Shown: positions 10,171 through 20,523, counted from the stretch's first letter. The stretch: 64,000 bases of DNA from an uncultured Collinsella sp. (GCA_958346935.1 CATVTM010000002.1:351-64350); one strand, 5' to 3'. Notes: generated from the letters alone by a model not told the origin. A program made the numbers and translations.

Positions 10171-10202
10171 CGGTAAATGGGTTCGCATAGGGCGCTATTG
10201 AC

Positions 10203-10241
10203 CATGGCCCCGTCGGGAGTGTTCCCGGCGGGGCCATGTTT
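10203..10241 (+). terminator. Terminator hairpin after uxaA
   Basis: CATGGCCCCG...CGGGGCCATG stem followed by TTTG. Confidence 0.65.
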
Positions 10242-10292
10242 GTTCTGTCTGTTCGGGCGTGTCTTCCTGAGGGTACGGGAGCGGCGAAAACA

Positions 10293-10464
10293 ATAAACGT
10301 TCACCTAATCGACCTCAAATTTAAACCCACTCAATACCCATGTAATCGTGATTTTTTTCAAGTCAGATGTCCGTTTAACGGCAAAAAACGACCGTTCAAG
10401 GATAATATACAAGTGAACGTTCACCTATCATATGCAATCGAGCATAATCTAGCTAAACGTTCAC
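10293..10464 (+). promoter_or_regulatory. Three GTGAACGTTCAC-type operators upstream of the permease
   Basis: ATAAACGTTCAC 10293-10304, GTGAACGTTCAC 10413-10424, CTAAACGTTCAC 10453-10464. Confidence 0.78.
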
Positions 10465-10549
10465 CCTACGAGTGGGCGATATGCAGACAGACATCGGTAT
10501 GGACTCCAATGTCTTGTTACAAGACAATCGAGAAAAGAGAGGGAGCTCG

Positions 10550-12109
10550 ATGACTAACAAGATCGGTAAAAAGCGCAAGATCACATTCTGGACGCGCTTG
10601 GGCTTTGGTATGGGCGGCATGCTCAACTCCGGTGCCCTGAGCTTTACGCACAGCTACATGGTGCTGTTCCTGTCCACGGAGTGCGGTCTGTCCGCAGGCG
10701 AGGCTGCGCTGATCAGCTCGTTCGCCATCTATCTCAACGCCATTCTGTGCCCGCTCATGGGCTTTGTGGCCGATAACTTCTACGCTACTAAGATCGGCCG
10801 CATCTTTGGCCGCCGCCGTTTCTGGATCTTGCTGGCTATCCCGATGATGGTCGCCGAGCCGCTCATCTTTGTGGCTACGCCGTTTGGTTTCCCGTACTAC
10901 TTTGTGTTGTACCTGATCTACAACGTCGCGTACACGTTCTGCACCGCCAACCTGTCGCCGCTTACCATCGAGATGACCGACGACTTCAAGGAGCGTACGT
11001 ACCTCACCGGCTACAAGCACCTCTTTGGTAACGCCGCCGGCTTCCTTATGGCAGCACTCGTCGGCTTTGGCTTTGGCACCTTCGGTGAGACCAACCCGTT
11101 CAGCTACTTCATCATCGCTACGATCAATGCTTCGGTCATGGCAATCTCGCTGCTGTGCGTGTACCTGTCCACGTGGGAGCACACCCCCGAGGAGGTCGCT
11201 CAGGAGAAGATTGAGAGCGTCGGCGAGGGTATCAAGAAGTTTTTCATCGACGTTATCTCTACCTTCCGCAACAAGTCCTTCCGCAAGGTCCTGTATGCGC
11301 AGGTCTCCACGAAGCTCGCCGCTGCCTGCTGGTCTGCGTGCCTGTCCTTCTTCATCGTCTACTGTCTGCAGATTCCTAAGTCCTACGAGTCCGTGATGGA
11401 GATGCCCGGCAAGGTCGTCGCTATCGTCTGCACCGCCATCTGGGTCGCCCTCATGGCCAAGAAGGGCTTCCACAAGTCTTGGTACCTGGCCAACGTCGGT
11501 TGCGCTGCGTGCATCATCGCCTACAACTACTTCGCCTTTGGTCAGATCAACGGCACCTCCACGGTCGCCATCGCCATGATTGCCTACCCCATCATCTTCG
11601 CCATCTGGAAGTTCTTCTACGTTGGCTTCCAGTATCTGCCCGATGTTCTGCTCAACTACATCCCCGATGTCGATGAGCTCATCACCCTGCGTCGCCGCGA
11701 GGGCATCTACAGCTCCGCTCAGCAGCTCTGCCAGCAGATTGCCCAGGCTGTTGCCGTCAACGTATGGGCTATCGTCCTTGCTGCCTCCGGCTTCATTCAG
11801 ACCGCCGGCAACAGCGACGCCGTGACCCAGCCCGCCACCGTGCCTCTGTACATCTGCGGCTACATGCTCATCGGCTGCGCCGGCTTCTTCCTGCTCGCGG
11901 CCGTCCTTGCCCGCGGCATCAAGATTGACAAGGAGCAGTGCGACATCCTTTGCGACGAGATCCACCGTGTCAAGGAGGGTGGCAAGATGGCCGACGTCAA
12001 GCCCGAGGTCAAGGCGCTTTGCGAGGAGCTCTCCGGCTTTAAGTACGAGGACTGCTTTGCACACAACAATGTTGGCTTCCAGGACGGCAGCGTAATTCCC
12101 GCCGAGTAG
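10550..12109 (+). CDS. GPH/MFS sugar:cation symporter, probable oligogalacturonide permease (TogT-like)
   Basis: About 12 TM segments, FGRRRFW and IPDVDELITLRRREGIY motifs; precedes GH28; RBS GAGGGAG. Confidence 0.82.
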   Translation: MTNKIGKKRKITFWTRLGFGMGGMLNSGALSFTHSYMVLFLSTECGLSAGEAALISSFAIYLNAILCPLMGFVADNFYATKIGRIFGRRRFWILLAIPMMVAEPLIFVATPFGFPYYFVLYLIYNVAYTFCTANLSPLTIEMTDDFKERTYLTGYKHLFGNAAGFLMAALVGFGFGTFGETNPFSYFIIATINASVMAISLLCVYLSTWEHTPEEVAQEKIESVGEGIKKFFIDVISTFRNKSFRKVLYAQVSTKLAAACWSACLSFFIVYCLQIPKSYESVMEMPGKVVAIVCTAIWVALMAKKGFHKSWYLANVGCAACIIAYNYFAFGQINGTSTVAIAMIAYPIIFAIWKFFYVGFQYLPDVLLNYIPDVDELITLRRREGIYSSAQQLCQQIAQAVAVNVWAIVLAASGFIQTAGNSDAVTQPATVPLYICGYMLIGCAGFFLLAAVLARGIKIDKEQCDILCDEIHRVKEGGKMADVKPEVKALCEELSGFKYEDCFAHNNVGFQDGSVIPAE

Positions 12110-12223
12110 GGCAGGCGCATCGTCCAAACCACAGGGCCGTGCCACCGGAGATCCACCGGCGGGTACGGCCCTTTTTTAAAAACGAGTAGTATGAACTTCT
12201 GATTACATTTGAGGGAGAGACCC

Positions 12224-13819
12224 ATGGAGACGAACGTTATCTGGCGCAATGCCCGCGCGGCCGTTATCGAGCTCGACGATGGCGGCTACTTTACCTGTGC
12301 CGATACGTGGGAGATCTTTGTCAACGATGAGCCCGCCGGTACCACGAATACGGTCGAGACCTATGTCGATGGCCTGACCCCCGGCAAGCGCAACCTGATC
12401 CGCTTTGTCTGCGGCGAGCGCGAGTTGAGCGTAGGCGTCACCACGCCGGCGGAGCCCTTTACCATCAACGTTCGCGACTGCGGCGCCAAGGGCGATGCCG
12501 AGCACGATGACACCACCAACATTCAGGCTGCCATCATGGCCTGCCCCAAGGGCGGGCGCGTGCTGATCCCCGCCGGCAACTACCGCATCAAGTCCCTCTT
12601 CCTTAAGAGCAATATCAACATCGAGCTTGCCGAGGGCGCGGTGCTGCTGGCCCGTCACGACCGCGCGGCGCTTGCCTACATTCCGGGCACGGTCACGGGC
12701 GATGAGGGCGCCGGGTATGCTGGCACCGACATGCTGCCCCTGGGCCGCTGGGAAGGCGAGAGCTTTTCGACCTACTGTTCGACCTTTACGGGCCTGAGCG
12801 TGCACGACGTGTGCATCTATGGCCGCGGCGCCATCGACGGCCAGACCGATTTTGCCGAGGACAACTGGTGGAACAAGGACTTTAAGAACATCTTCCGTCC
12901 CGAGGAGGGCCGCGAGGTCGCCCGCCCGCGCATGATTTTCCTGTCCGAGTGCGAAAACGTGAGCCTTGCCGGCTTTACCGTGCGCAACAGCCCGGCGTGG
13001 AATATCCATCCCATTCTGTGCGAGCACGTCGATGCCCTGTGCCTGTCCATCGAGGGTCCCAAGAACTCCCACAACACCGACGGTTTCGATCCCGAGAGCT
13101 GCGGTTTTGTCCGCATCCTTGGCTGTCAGTTCTCGGTGGGCGACGACTGCATCGCCATCAAGAGCGGCAAACTGGGCATCGAGCCCGAGCTTCGTCCCGC
13201 CACGCACGACGTGCTGATCTCGCACTGCTACATGCACGACGGCCACGGCGCCGTGGTGCTGGGATCCGAGGCCGCCGGCGGCATCAAGGACCTCACCGTG
13301 AGCAAGTGCCTCTTTGAGCGCACCGACCGCGGCCTGCGCGTCAAGACACGCCGCGGACGCGGCAAGGACGCCGTCAACGAGGGCATCACCTTCGAGCACA
13401 TTCGCATGGATAAGGTGCTCACGCCCTTCGTGGTCAACTCGTTCTACTTCTGCGACAGGGACGGCAAGACCGACTACGTGCAGTCTCGCGAGGCGCTGCC
13501 CGTCGACGACCGTACGCCCGGCTTTGGCGCCACGACGTTTTGCGATATCGAGGCCACCAACTGCCATGCGGCCGCGGCCTATATCACGGGCCTTCCCGAG
13601 AGCAAGGTGACGCGCCTGACGTTCCAGGATGTCCATGTGACCTTTGCCGCCGATGCCGAGCCCTTTGTGCCGGCCATGGCCTGCGGCGTGGAGCCCATGG
13701 TGCGCCAGGGCATCATCGCGCAGAACGTGAAAGTCCTCGACCTGCAGAACGTGCGCATCGAGGGTCAGGATGGCGACGAGCTGCAGCTGCAAAACGTCGA
13801 CAAGGTTATCCGCGCGTAG
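12224..13819 (+). CDS. GH28 (exo-)polygalacturonase, no signal peptide
   Basis: NTDG, GDD, GHG and RVK GH28 motifs; N-terminal beta-sandwich-like extension. Confidence 0.92.
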   Translation: METNVIWRNARAAVIELDDGGYFTCADTWEIFVNDEPAGTTNTVETYVDGLTPGKRNLIRFVCGERELSVGVTTPAEPFTINVRDCGAKGDAEHDDTTNIQAAIMACPKGGRVLIPAGNYRIKSLFLKSNINIELAEGAVLLARHDRAALAYIPGTVTGDEGAGYAGTDMLPLGRWEGESFSTYCSTFTGLSVHDVCIYGRGAIDGQTDFAEDNWWNKDFKNIFRPEEGREVARPRMIFLSECENVSLAGFTVRNSPAWNIHPILCEHVDALCLSIEGPKNSHNTDGFDPESCGFVRILGCQFSVGDDCIAIKSGKLGIEPELRPATHDVLISHCYMHDGHGAVVLGSEAAGGIKDLTVSKCLFERTDRGLRVKTRRGRGKDAVNEGITFEHIRMDKVLTPFVVNSFYFCDRDGKTDYVQSREALPVDDRTPGFGATTFCDIEATNCHAAAAYITGLPESKVTRLTFQDVHVTFAADAEPFVPAMACGVEPMVRQGIIAQNVKVLDLQNVRIEGQDGDELQLQNVDKVIRA

Positions 13820-13950
13820 GGTAGTGCTCCTGCACAAGTGAATACGGCATGTTGAGGCGTGCGACGGTCGGGTCTGCCCGGCTGTCGCACGCAATCTATA
13901 GGTGCCGGTATTGCATGGTGGGTGTTCTGTGACAGAAAGCGTAATGACAG

Positions 13951-16116
13951 ATGAGTGGTAAAGAACAGCTCTTTGAGGTATCGCTCGAACGCGAAGGCGC
14001 GTATCGCAGCATTTCGGCGGCGCTCGAGGCGGCGGAGCGGTGTGTGCCCGATGCGACCGTGCCGGTGCGCGTGCTGGTGGCGCCGGGTGAGTACCGCGAA
14101 CGGGTCGAAATTCGTCGTCCGCATGTGACGCTCGAGGGCGAGACGGCCGACAGCGTGCGTATCGTGGGAGGCCTGGGTGCCAAGATGCCTTCGGAAGATG
14201 GTAGCGGCCAGGATGGAAGACTCGGCACCTTCCGTACGTACACGGTGCTGGTCGATGCCGACGACGTGACGCTTGCGGGTCTAACAATCGAAAACAACGC
14301 CGGTGATGGGCGCGAGGTCGGCCAGGCGATTGCCCTGTATGCCGACGGCGACCGTTTGGTGGTCGACGCCTGCTGCATTACGGGACGCCAGGACACCCTG
14401 TTTTTGGGTCCGTTGCCCCCACGCGAAGTCAAACCGGGCGGGTTCATAGGACCCAAGCAGTTCGCCCCGCGCCGCGTGGGGCGGCAGTATTTTCGACGTT
14501 GCCGGATCGAGGGCGATGTCGACTTTATCTTTGGCGGCGCGCGTGCCTACTTTGAGGGGTGTGAGATTCGCTCGCTCAACCGCGATATGGATGTCAACGG
14601 GTATGTAACGGCAGCCTCCACGCCTCAGGGCGAGCCGTACGGATTTGTGTTTCATGGCTGTTCGTTTACAGCCGATGAGGGCATTGCCCCCGGATCGGTC
14701 TATCTGGGTCGTCCATGGCGCGAGTGGGCCCAGACCGTTTTGCTCGAATGCTGGCTGGGCCCCCATATTTCACTCGAGGGTTGGTGGGATTGGAATAAGC
14801 CAGCGGCACATGACGGCACCCTGTATGCCGGCGGTGCCCTGTTTGGCCCGGCGGGTGATACTGCCGCTTGGGTGCCGTGGGCGCATTGCCTGACCGGTCA
14901 GGATTCCGAACGCTATGCGCGTGACCGAGTGCTTGCCGGCACGGATGGTTGGGATCCCGAGGGCGGCGACGGTGATGCGGTAGAGACGGCCGGGCTATCT
15001 GCCAATGGCCGCACCGTGCACATCGAGACGTACTACGAGGACGAACCTGCGCTGCGCGCCCGACTGAAGCGCGAGGGGCGCTCGGCCGCATTTACGGGCA
15101 AGACTCCCACAGACTTTGAGGCATGGAAGGCTGCGACCAGGACTCGTCTGTACGATATTTTGGGTCTTTCGCTTATGGACCGCGCCCCGATTGAGATTCG
15201 TGAGCTCAATCGCGTGCGGGTTGCCGGCAGCATCGTGCGTACTCATGCGGTGTTGCAGGTTGAGCACGATGTGTGGATGCCGTTTTACCTGTTGGAGCCG
15301 TCCCGCCCCAAGCTTGACGAGCGGGGACTCAAGCGCTGCTATATCTGCCCGCATGGTCACCAGGGGGCGGGTGCTGCAAGCATAGCCGGCGTTGCGGGCG
15401 TGCCGGCGGTCGACGATGCCGTGCGTAAGTTCAATTACGACTACGGTCTGCGTTTAGCGCGCATGGGTTACGTGACCGTCTGCCCCGATGCGCGTGGTTG
15501 GGGATACCGTCGTGACTGGAAGGGTCAGGGCGACGACGAGAACAGCTACCTGCGCGGTACGTGTCTGAATCAAGCACGTATGGCCGAGCCGCTGGGTCTT
15601 ACGGTCGCGGGCCTCAACGCCTGGGACAACATGCGCTTGATTGATTACTTGGAGACACGCGGGGACATTGCCATGGACGACCTGGGCTGCTTTGGTTTTT
15701 CGGGCGGCGGTTACATGACGTTGTACCTGTCTGCGCTCGACCCGCGCGTGCGCAAGGCGTTTGTCTCGGGCTATCTGTACGGCGTTGATGATTCGCTACT
15801 GCACCTCAACGGCAATTGCAGCTGCAATTACACGCCTGGACTCTGGCGTCTGCTCGATATGGGCGACATTGCATCGCTTGTCGCGCCACGGCCGCTCTTG
15901 GTTCAGAGCTGCGAGAAAGACCATCTCAACGGCGCCCGCGGGCTTGCGAACGTAGACGAGCAGCTCGATATCGTTCGTGACGCCTACGCACTGCTGGGCA
16001 AGGACGAAAACCTTCTGCACGAGGTCTGCCCGGGTGGACACCACCTGGGCGTGGCGCATCTTGCCGAGGATATCGAATGGCTCGATTCGCAAGTTGCGGA
16101 ATGCGCCCACGCATAG
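13951..16116 (+). CDS. CE8 pectin methylesterase fused to a C-terminal alpha/beta hydrolase
   Basis: CE8 motifs GEYRE, QAIAL, QDTL, DFIFG, LGRPW; C-terminal GFSGGG nucleophile elbow with late Asp and His. Confidence 0.88.
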   Translation: MSGKEQLFEVSLEREGAYRSISAALEAAERCVPDATVPVRVLVAPGEYRERVEIRRPHVTLEGETADSVRIVGGLGAKMPSEDGSGQDGRLGTFRTYTVLVDADDVTLAGLTIENNAGDGREVGQAIALYADGDRLVVDACCITGRQDTLFLGPLPPREVKPGGFIGPKQFAPRRVGRQYFRRCRIEGDVDFIFGGARAYFEGCEIRSLNRDMDVNGYVTAASTPQGEPYGFVFHGCSFTADEGIAPGSVYLGRPWREWAQTVLLECWLGPHISLEGWWDWNKPAAHDGTLYAGGALFGPAGDTAAWVPWAHCLTGQDSERYARDRVLAGTDGWDPEGGDGDAVETAGLSANGRTVHIETYYEDEPALRARLKREGRSAAFTGKTPTDFEAWKAATRTRLYDILGLSLMDRAPIEIRELNRVRVAGSIVRTHAVLQVEHDVWMPFYLLEPSRPKLDERGLKRCYICPHGHQGAGAASIAGVAGVPAVDDAVRKFNYDYGLRLARMGYVTVCPDARGWGYRRDWKGQGDDENSYLRGTCLNQARMAEPLGLTVAGLNAWDNMRLIDYLETRGDIAMDDLGCFGFSGGGYMTLYLSALDPRVRKAFVSGYLYGVDDSLLHLNGNCSCNYTPGLWRLLDMGDIASLVAPRPLLVQSCEKDHLNGARGLANVDEQLDIVRDAYALLGKDENLLHEVCPGGHHLGVAHLAEDIEWLDSQVAECAHA

Positions 16117-16184
16117 CCCCTCGGATGTTGCGAATGAACGGTATGTACCTGTAAGACCGCCGATGTGCGGGTGAGGAGAAGAAT

Positions 16185-16853
16185 ATGGAAACGAAAAACT
16201 TGAGCGAATCGACCATTTGCTGCTTTGGCGACTCGACGACCTGGGGCGATAACGGATGCGGCGGGGGAGGCAACGATATCTCCTGGACCTCGCACCTGGG
16301 TGCGCTGCTGGGCGGCGCTACGATCGAGAACTTTGGTATTAAGGGTTCGCGTATTGCCGTCAAGGCCGACCGTAGCGATTCGTTTGTCGAGCGCTTGGAC
16401 GGCATCGATCACACGGCAGATATCTGCATCGTCTTTGGCGGCGTTAACGACTTTAGCCGTAACGTGCCGCTGGGAGAGCTGGGCAGCACGGACGTGCACG
16501 AGTTCTACGGTGCGCTCGACTACCTGATCCGCACCATCACGGCGTGCTCGCCTCAGGCAAAGCTGGTGTTTATGACGCCGTGCAAGACGAGCGGAAAGCA
16601 CGAGAAGGATATCCCGGCAAGCAACGAGGCCAACCATCTGGGCCTGACGCAAGATGCCTATGTGCAGGCGATGCTGGAGGTTTGCGACCGATACTCGGTG
16701 CCGGTGATCGACCTCTATGCGCAAAGCGGCATCAGCCCGTTTTTGCCGGAGCACCGCGAGCTCTACATGCCGGACGGTCTGCATTACAGCCCTGCCGGCT
16801 ATGAGCGCCTGGCGCATCGCATCGCTGCGGGCCTCACCGCCGTTTGCCGTTAA
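16185..16853 (+). CDS. SGNH/GDSL hydrolase (possible acetylesterase)
   Basis: Blocks FGDS, G, GGVND and DGLH. Confidence 0.88.
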   Translation: METKNLSESTICCFGDSTTWGDNGCGGGGNDISWTSHLGALLGGATIENFGIKGSRIAVKADRSDSFVERLDGIDHTADICIVFGGVNDFSRNVPLGELGSTDVHEFYGALDYLIRTITACSPQAKLVFMTPCKTSGKHEKDIPASNEANHLGLTQDAYVQAMLEVCDRYSVPVIDLYAQSGISPFLPEHRELYMPDGLHYSPAGYERLAHRIAAGLTAVCR

Positions 16854-16868
16854 AAGTCTGCCGTTCAC

Positions 16869-16932
16869 GGGGATTATAGGGTTAACGTTCACCCTATAAT
16901 CCCCTTCGCGTTACACTAGGGTTAACGTTCAC
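16869..16932 (+). promoter_or_regulatory. Operator pair GTTAACGTTCAC upstream of GH105
   Basis: Sites at 16881-16892 and 16921-16932; TACACT (-10-like) at 16912-16917; the first site lies within a 36-bp palindrome. Confidence 0.78.
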
Positions 16933-16959
16933 CCATCAAAAACGTCAGAGGGGACAGCA

Positions 16960-18198
16960 ATGGGTTGCAATAAGATTCTGGACCGTTATATCGAGCAGTT
17001 GATCGAGACCTCTACGCCTCAGGCGCCGGCCTGGAACATCGAAAAGCTTCGCGCCGGCAAGGAGAACACCTGGAATTACATTGACGGCTGCATGATCAAG
17101 GCGCTCATCGAGCTGTACGAGATCACCGGCGAGCAGCGTTACCTGACCTTCGCCGACGACTATATCGACTTCTTTGTCCAGGATGACGGCACCATCAAGC
17201 ATTACGATCCCCAGGAGTACAACCTCGACAACGTCAACGCGGGCAAAACCCTCTACAAACTCTATGACCTGGTGGGCAAGCCCAAGTACCGTGCCGCCAT
17301 GGACACGATCTATCGCCAGCTCGAGACCCAGCCGCGTACCAAAGAGGGTGTGTTTTGGCACAAGGCCGTCTATCCCAACCAGATTTGGCTCGACGGCATG
17401 TACATGGCGCAGCCGTTCTACATGCAGTACGAGCTGAGCTTCCACAACCGCCGTGCCTGCTCGGATAGCTTCCATATGTTCCAGGTCGTGCATGACCTGA
17501 TGCGCAACCCCCTCAACGGTCTGTACTATCACGCCTACGACGCGAGCCGCAAGCAGTTCTGGTGCGATCCCGTCACCGGTCTTTCGGCCAACTTCTGGCT
17601 GCGCGCCGAGGGCTGGTTTGCCATGGCGCTCATCGATACCTGGGAGCTCATGCCGCCCTCGATGTCGGCCGAGAAGGACGAGATCCGCAAGATGTTCCAC
17701 GACCTGATCGACGCCATGCTGCCGTATCAGGACGAGAAGACCGGCATGTGGCACCAGGTCATCAACCTGCCTAATATCGCCCCCAACTATCTGGAGGAGT
17801 CGGGCAGCGCCATCTTTGCCAACGCCATCATGAAGGGCGTGCGCCTGGGCGTGCTGGGCGAGCGCTACTACCAGTACGGCCGCCGTGCGTTTGACGGCAT
17901 CTGCGACACGTGCCTGTCCGAGCGCGACGGACAGCTGGCGCTCGACAACATCTGCCTGGTGGCGGGTCTTGGCAACACCGCGCACCGCGAGGGCACGTTT
18001 GGCTACTACATGAGCGAGCCCGTCGTCAAAAACGACGCGAAGGGCGTGGCGCCGCTGGTGCTCGCCTATATCGAGACCATGCATCATGACAAGTTGGCCG
18101 GTAAGCGCGATCCGCTCGCCCCTTCGGGCGTGTGCTCCATCGATGACCCGTTTGGCGGCTACACCCCGGGCATCAATGCTCATAAGGGGCGTGAATAG
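16960..18198 (+). CDS. GH105 unsaturated (rhamno)galacturonyl hydrolase (YteR-like)
   Basis: WNYIDG, YNLDNVNAGK, FWHKAVYPNQIWLDGMYMAQPF, WLRAEGW motifs. Confidence 0.9.
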   Translation: MGCNKILDRYIEQLIETSTPQAPAWNIEKLRAGKENTWNYIDGCMIKALIELYEITGEQRYLTFADDYIDFFVQDDGTIKHYDPQEYNLDNVNAGKTLYKLYDLVGKPKYRAAMDTIYRQLETQPRTKEGVFWHKAVYPNQIWLDGMYMAQPFYMQYELSFHNRRACSDSFHMFQVVHDLMRNPLNGLYYHAYDASRKQFWCDPVTGLSANFWLRAEGWFAMALIDTWELMPPSMSAEKDEIRKMFHDLIDAMLPYQDEKTGMWHQVINLPNIAPNYLEESGSAIFANAIMKGVRLGVLGERYYQYGRRAFDGICDTCLSERDGQLALDNICLVAGLGNTAHREGTFGYYMSEPVVKNDAKGVAPLVLAYIETMHHDKLAGKRDPLAPSGVCSIDDPFGGYTPGINAHKGRE

Positions 18199-19105
18199 CG
18201 TGGGGGCCATTACTCCGGGCGTGCGTTTACACGACCTTCCGCAGGGGACCGTCGAGGAACGCATCCGCATGGCAGGAGAGCTGGGCTTTTCGTGCATTCA
18301 GCTGCCGAGCAAGGTGCTCTACGCATCAATGGGAATCGATCGATGCGGTCTGACCCGCGAGCTCGCCGACCATTTGCGTGCGGTGCTCGATGAGGCGGGC
18401 GTTTCGGTCGCCGTGCTCGGCTGTTATAAGAATCTGGCGACGCCCGATCGACAACAGCTCACGGATAACTTTGCCGAGTACGAGGCGTGCTTGAACTTTG
18501 CTCAGATGCTCGGCGGCTGTCCGGTTGGCACCGAGACCGGTCGTCCCAATGTGCAGAACCGCGTTGCTGACGACCGTATGACCGACGAGGCACTCGATGC
18601 GTTTATGGATGGACTCGCGCGCGTCTGCGAGTGCGCCGAGGCCGTGGGTGGGCAAATACTGATCGAGCCCGGCTGGAACGAGACGGTCAACACGCCAGAT
18701 CGCTGCCGTGAGGTGCTGGAGCGCGTCCCGAGCCCGGCGCTCGGCGTGATCTACGACCCGGTGTCGCTGCTGCATCCCAGCGTCGTTGGCGAGGCGCAGG
18801 AAATCACCGCGCGTATGCTCTACTTATGCGGCAGTAAGATTCGCGTGCTGCACGCCAAGGATTTTGAGGTCGTCGACAACGAGGACGAAGCCGGCTGGTG
18901 CGATGGTAAGGGTTCTCGCCTGGTGTGCCACGGCGTGGGCGAGACGGGCCGCTATGACTTTGAGCCCGTGGTGGCCTGGGCGGCTGCCGCCTGTTTGGGG
19001 ATTCCTTGTGTGGTCGAGAACAGCGTGCCGGCGACGGCGGCTAGCTGCCTGGCGACACTCGAGCGCATGTCCGCTCGCTGCGGGGCTCCGCATCGCGAGA
19101 TATAG
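18191..19105 (+). CDS. Sugar phosphate isomerase/epimerase family (xylose-isomerase-like TIM barrel)
   Basis: GVRLHD, LGCYKN, VGTETG, IEPG, IYDPV, LHAKD motifs; overlaps the GH105 stop; start uncertain (GTG 18191 or 18200). Confidence 0.8.
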   Translation: MNSVGAITPGVRLHDLPQGTVEERIRMAGELGFSCIQLPSKVLYASMGIDRCGLTRELADHLRAVLDEAGVSVAVLGCYKNLATPDRQQLTDNFAEYEACLNFAQMLGGCPVGTETGRPNVQNRVADDRMTDEALDAFMDGLARVCECAEAVGGQILIEPGWNETVNTPDRCREVLERVPSPALGVIYDPVSLLHPSVVGEAQEITARMLYLCGSKIRVLHAKDFEVVDNEDEAGWCDGKGSRLVCHGVGETGRYDFEPVVAWAAAACLGIPCVVENSVPATAASCLATLERMSARCGAPHREI

Positions 19106-19208
19106 CATTGGCTTTTGCCGTGGCGGCATATTGAGTTTGCTTGACTGGGGGCGGCGGTGAAGGGTTTTTATCGTCGCCTCATTGGATTACATCAAAAAGG
19201 GGAGTTGC

Positions 19209-20426
19209 GTGGCTATCCACATTGTCGAAGAGGCGAATCGTTGCCTAGGTTGCAAAAGGGCGTTCTGCCAGCTTAAAGGCTGCCCGGTGCAGACGCCTAT
19301 TCCGCAGGTCATTGACTTGTTCAAGCAGCGTCGTCTGGAAGAGGCAGGTGAGCTGCTGTTCCAGAACAACCCCATGAGCGCGGTCTGCTCCATGATCTGC
19401 AACCATTCGGGCCAGTGCGAGGGCGCGTGCATTCAGGGCCGCAAGGGCGCACCGGTGCATTTTTCGAGTATCGAGAACTATATCTCGACGGCATATTTGG
19501 ACCGTAAGGAGTGGAAGCCCGCGCCGTCGTGCGGCAAGCAGGTTGCCGTGGTCGGTTCCGGTCCTGCCGGCATTACCGTGGCCATTAAGATGGCCCAGCT
19601 GGGCTGTGCCGTCACGGTGTTTGAGCAACGCCCCGAGATCGGCGGCGTGCTGGAGTACGGCATCCCCGAGTTTCGCCTGCCCCGTGCTCTCGTGCAAAAG
19701 TACCGTCACGTGATGTGCTCGCTTGGCGTACGCGTCCGTCCCTCGACCACCATTGGCGGCGCGCTGCATATCGACGACCTGTTGCGCGACGGCTACGATG
19801 CGGTCTTTGTCGGTACCGGTACCTGGCGCGCCCGCAAGCTGGGTATTCCCGGCGAGTCGCGTGGTAACGTACTGTTTGGTATCGATTACCTGGTCGATCC
19901 CACGAGCGTGGCGATCGGTCAGAACGTGGCGGTTATCGGCGCCGGCAACGTGGCCATGGATGTTGCCCGCACGGCTCTGCGCTCGGGCGCTCGCAAGGTT
20001 ACCGTGTATGCCCGATCGCGCCATATCTCGGCCATCGATGACGAGGTGGAGCTGACCGAGCTTGACGGTGCCGAGATCGTGCGCGGCAAGGCGATTTGCG
20101 CCATCGACGATAACGGTCCGGTTTTCGAGACGGCTATCTTTGACGAGGACGACAACGTGGTGGGCTACGAGGAAGAACTTGACCATGTGCCCGCCGACAC
20201 GGTTGTGATTGCGGCCTCGCAGGTGCCCAAGGACAAACTGGTGCTTACGACGGGCGGTCTGGAGACCGACCATCGCGGTCTTCTTTCGGTCGATGAGTGC
20301 GGCATGACCACCGTGCCTGGCGTCTTTGCCGCCGGCGACGTGGTCAACGGCCCGCTCACCGTGGTCCATGCCGTAGCCGGCGCCAAGCTCGCCGTCGAAG
20401 GCATGACCAGCTATCTGGGCCTCTAA
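19209..20426 (+). CDS. GltD/NfnB-like NAD(P)-dependent FAD/Fe-S oxidoreductase
   Basis: EANRCLGC...C...CP and CSMIC...QCEGAC Fe-S motifs, GSGPAG, GAGNVAMD, FAAGD. Confidence 0.88.
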   Translation: MAIHIVEEANRCLGCKRAFCQLKGCPVQTPIPQVIDLFKQRRLEEAGELLFQNNPMSAVCSMICNHSGQCEGACIQGRKGAPVHFSSIENYISTAYLDRKEWKPAPSCGKQVAVVGSGPAGITVAIKMAQLGCAVTVFEQRPEIGGVLEYGIPEFRLPRALVQKYRHVMCSLGVRVRPSTTIGGALHIDDLLRDGYDAVFVGTGTWRARKLGIPGESRGNVLFGIDYLVDPTSVAIGQNVAVIGAGNVAMDVARTALRSGARKVTVYARSRHISAIDDEVELTELDGAEIVRGKAICAIDDNGPVFETAIFDEDDNVVGYEEELDHVPADTVVIAASQVPKDKLVLTTGGLETDHRGLLSVDECGMTTVPGVFAAGDVVNGPLTVVHAVAGAKLAVEGMTSYLGL

Positions 20427-20518
20427 CCCACCCCGCCCATCAGTTGCGGTGGAATACGGACTGTTTTGGCTGTCAAAGGCCTTATCTACTCCGTATTCCA
20501 CCGCAACTTTTTTGTGGG
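20397..20518 (+). repeat. Left copy of 122-bp direct repeat (3' end of reductase gene plus 67-bp palindrome)
   Basis: 113/122 identical by eye to 28811-28932. Confidence 0.92.
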
Positions 20519-20523
20519 GTGGG

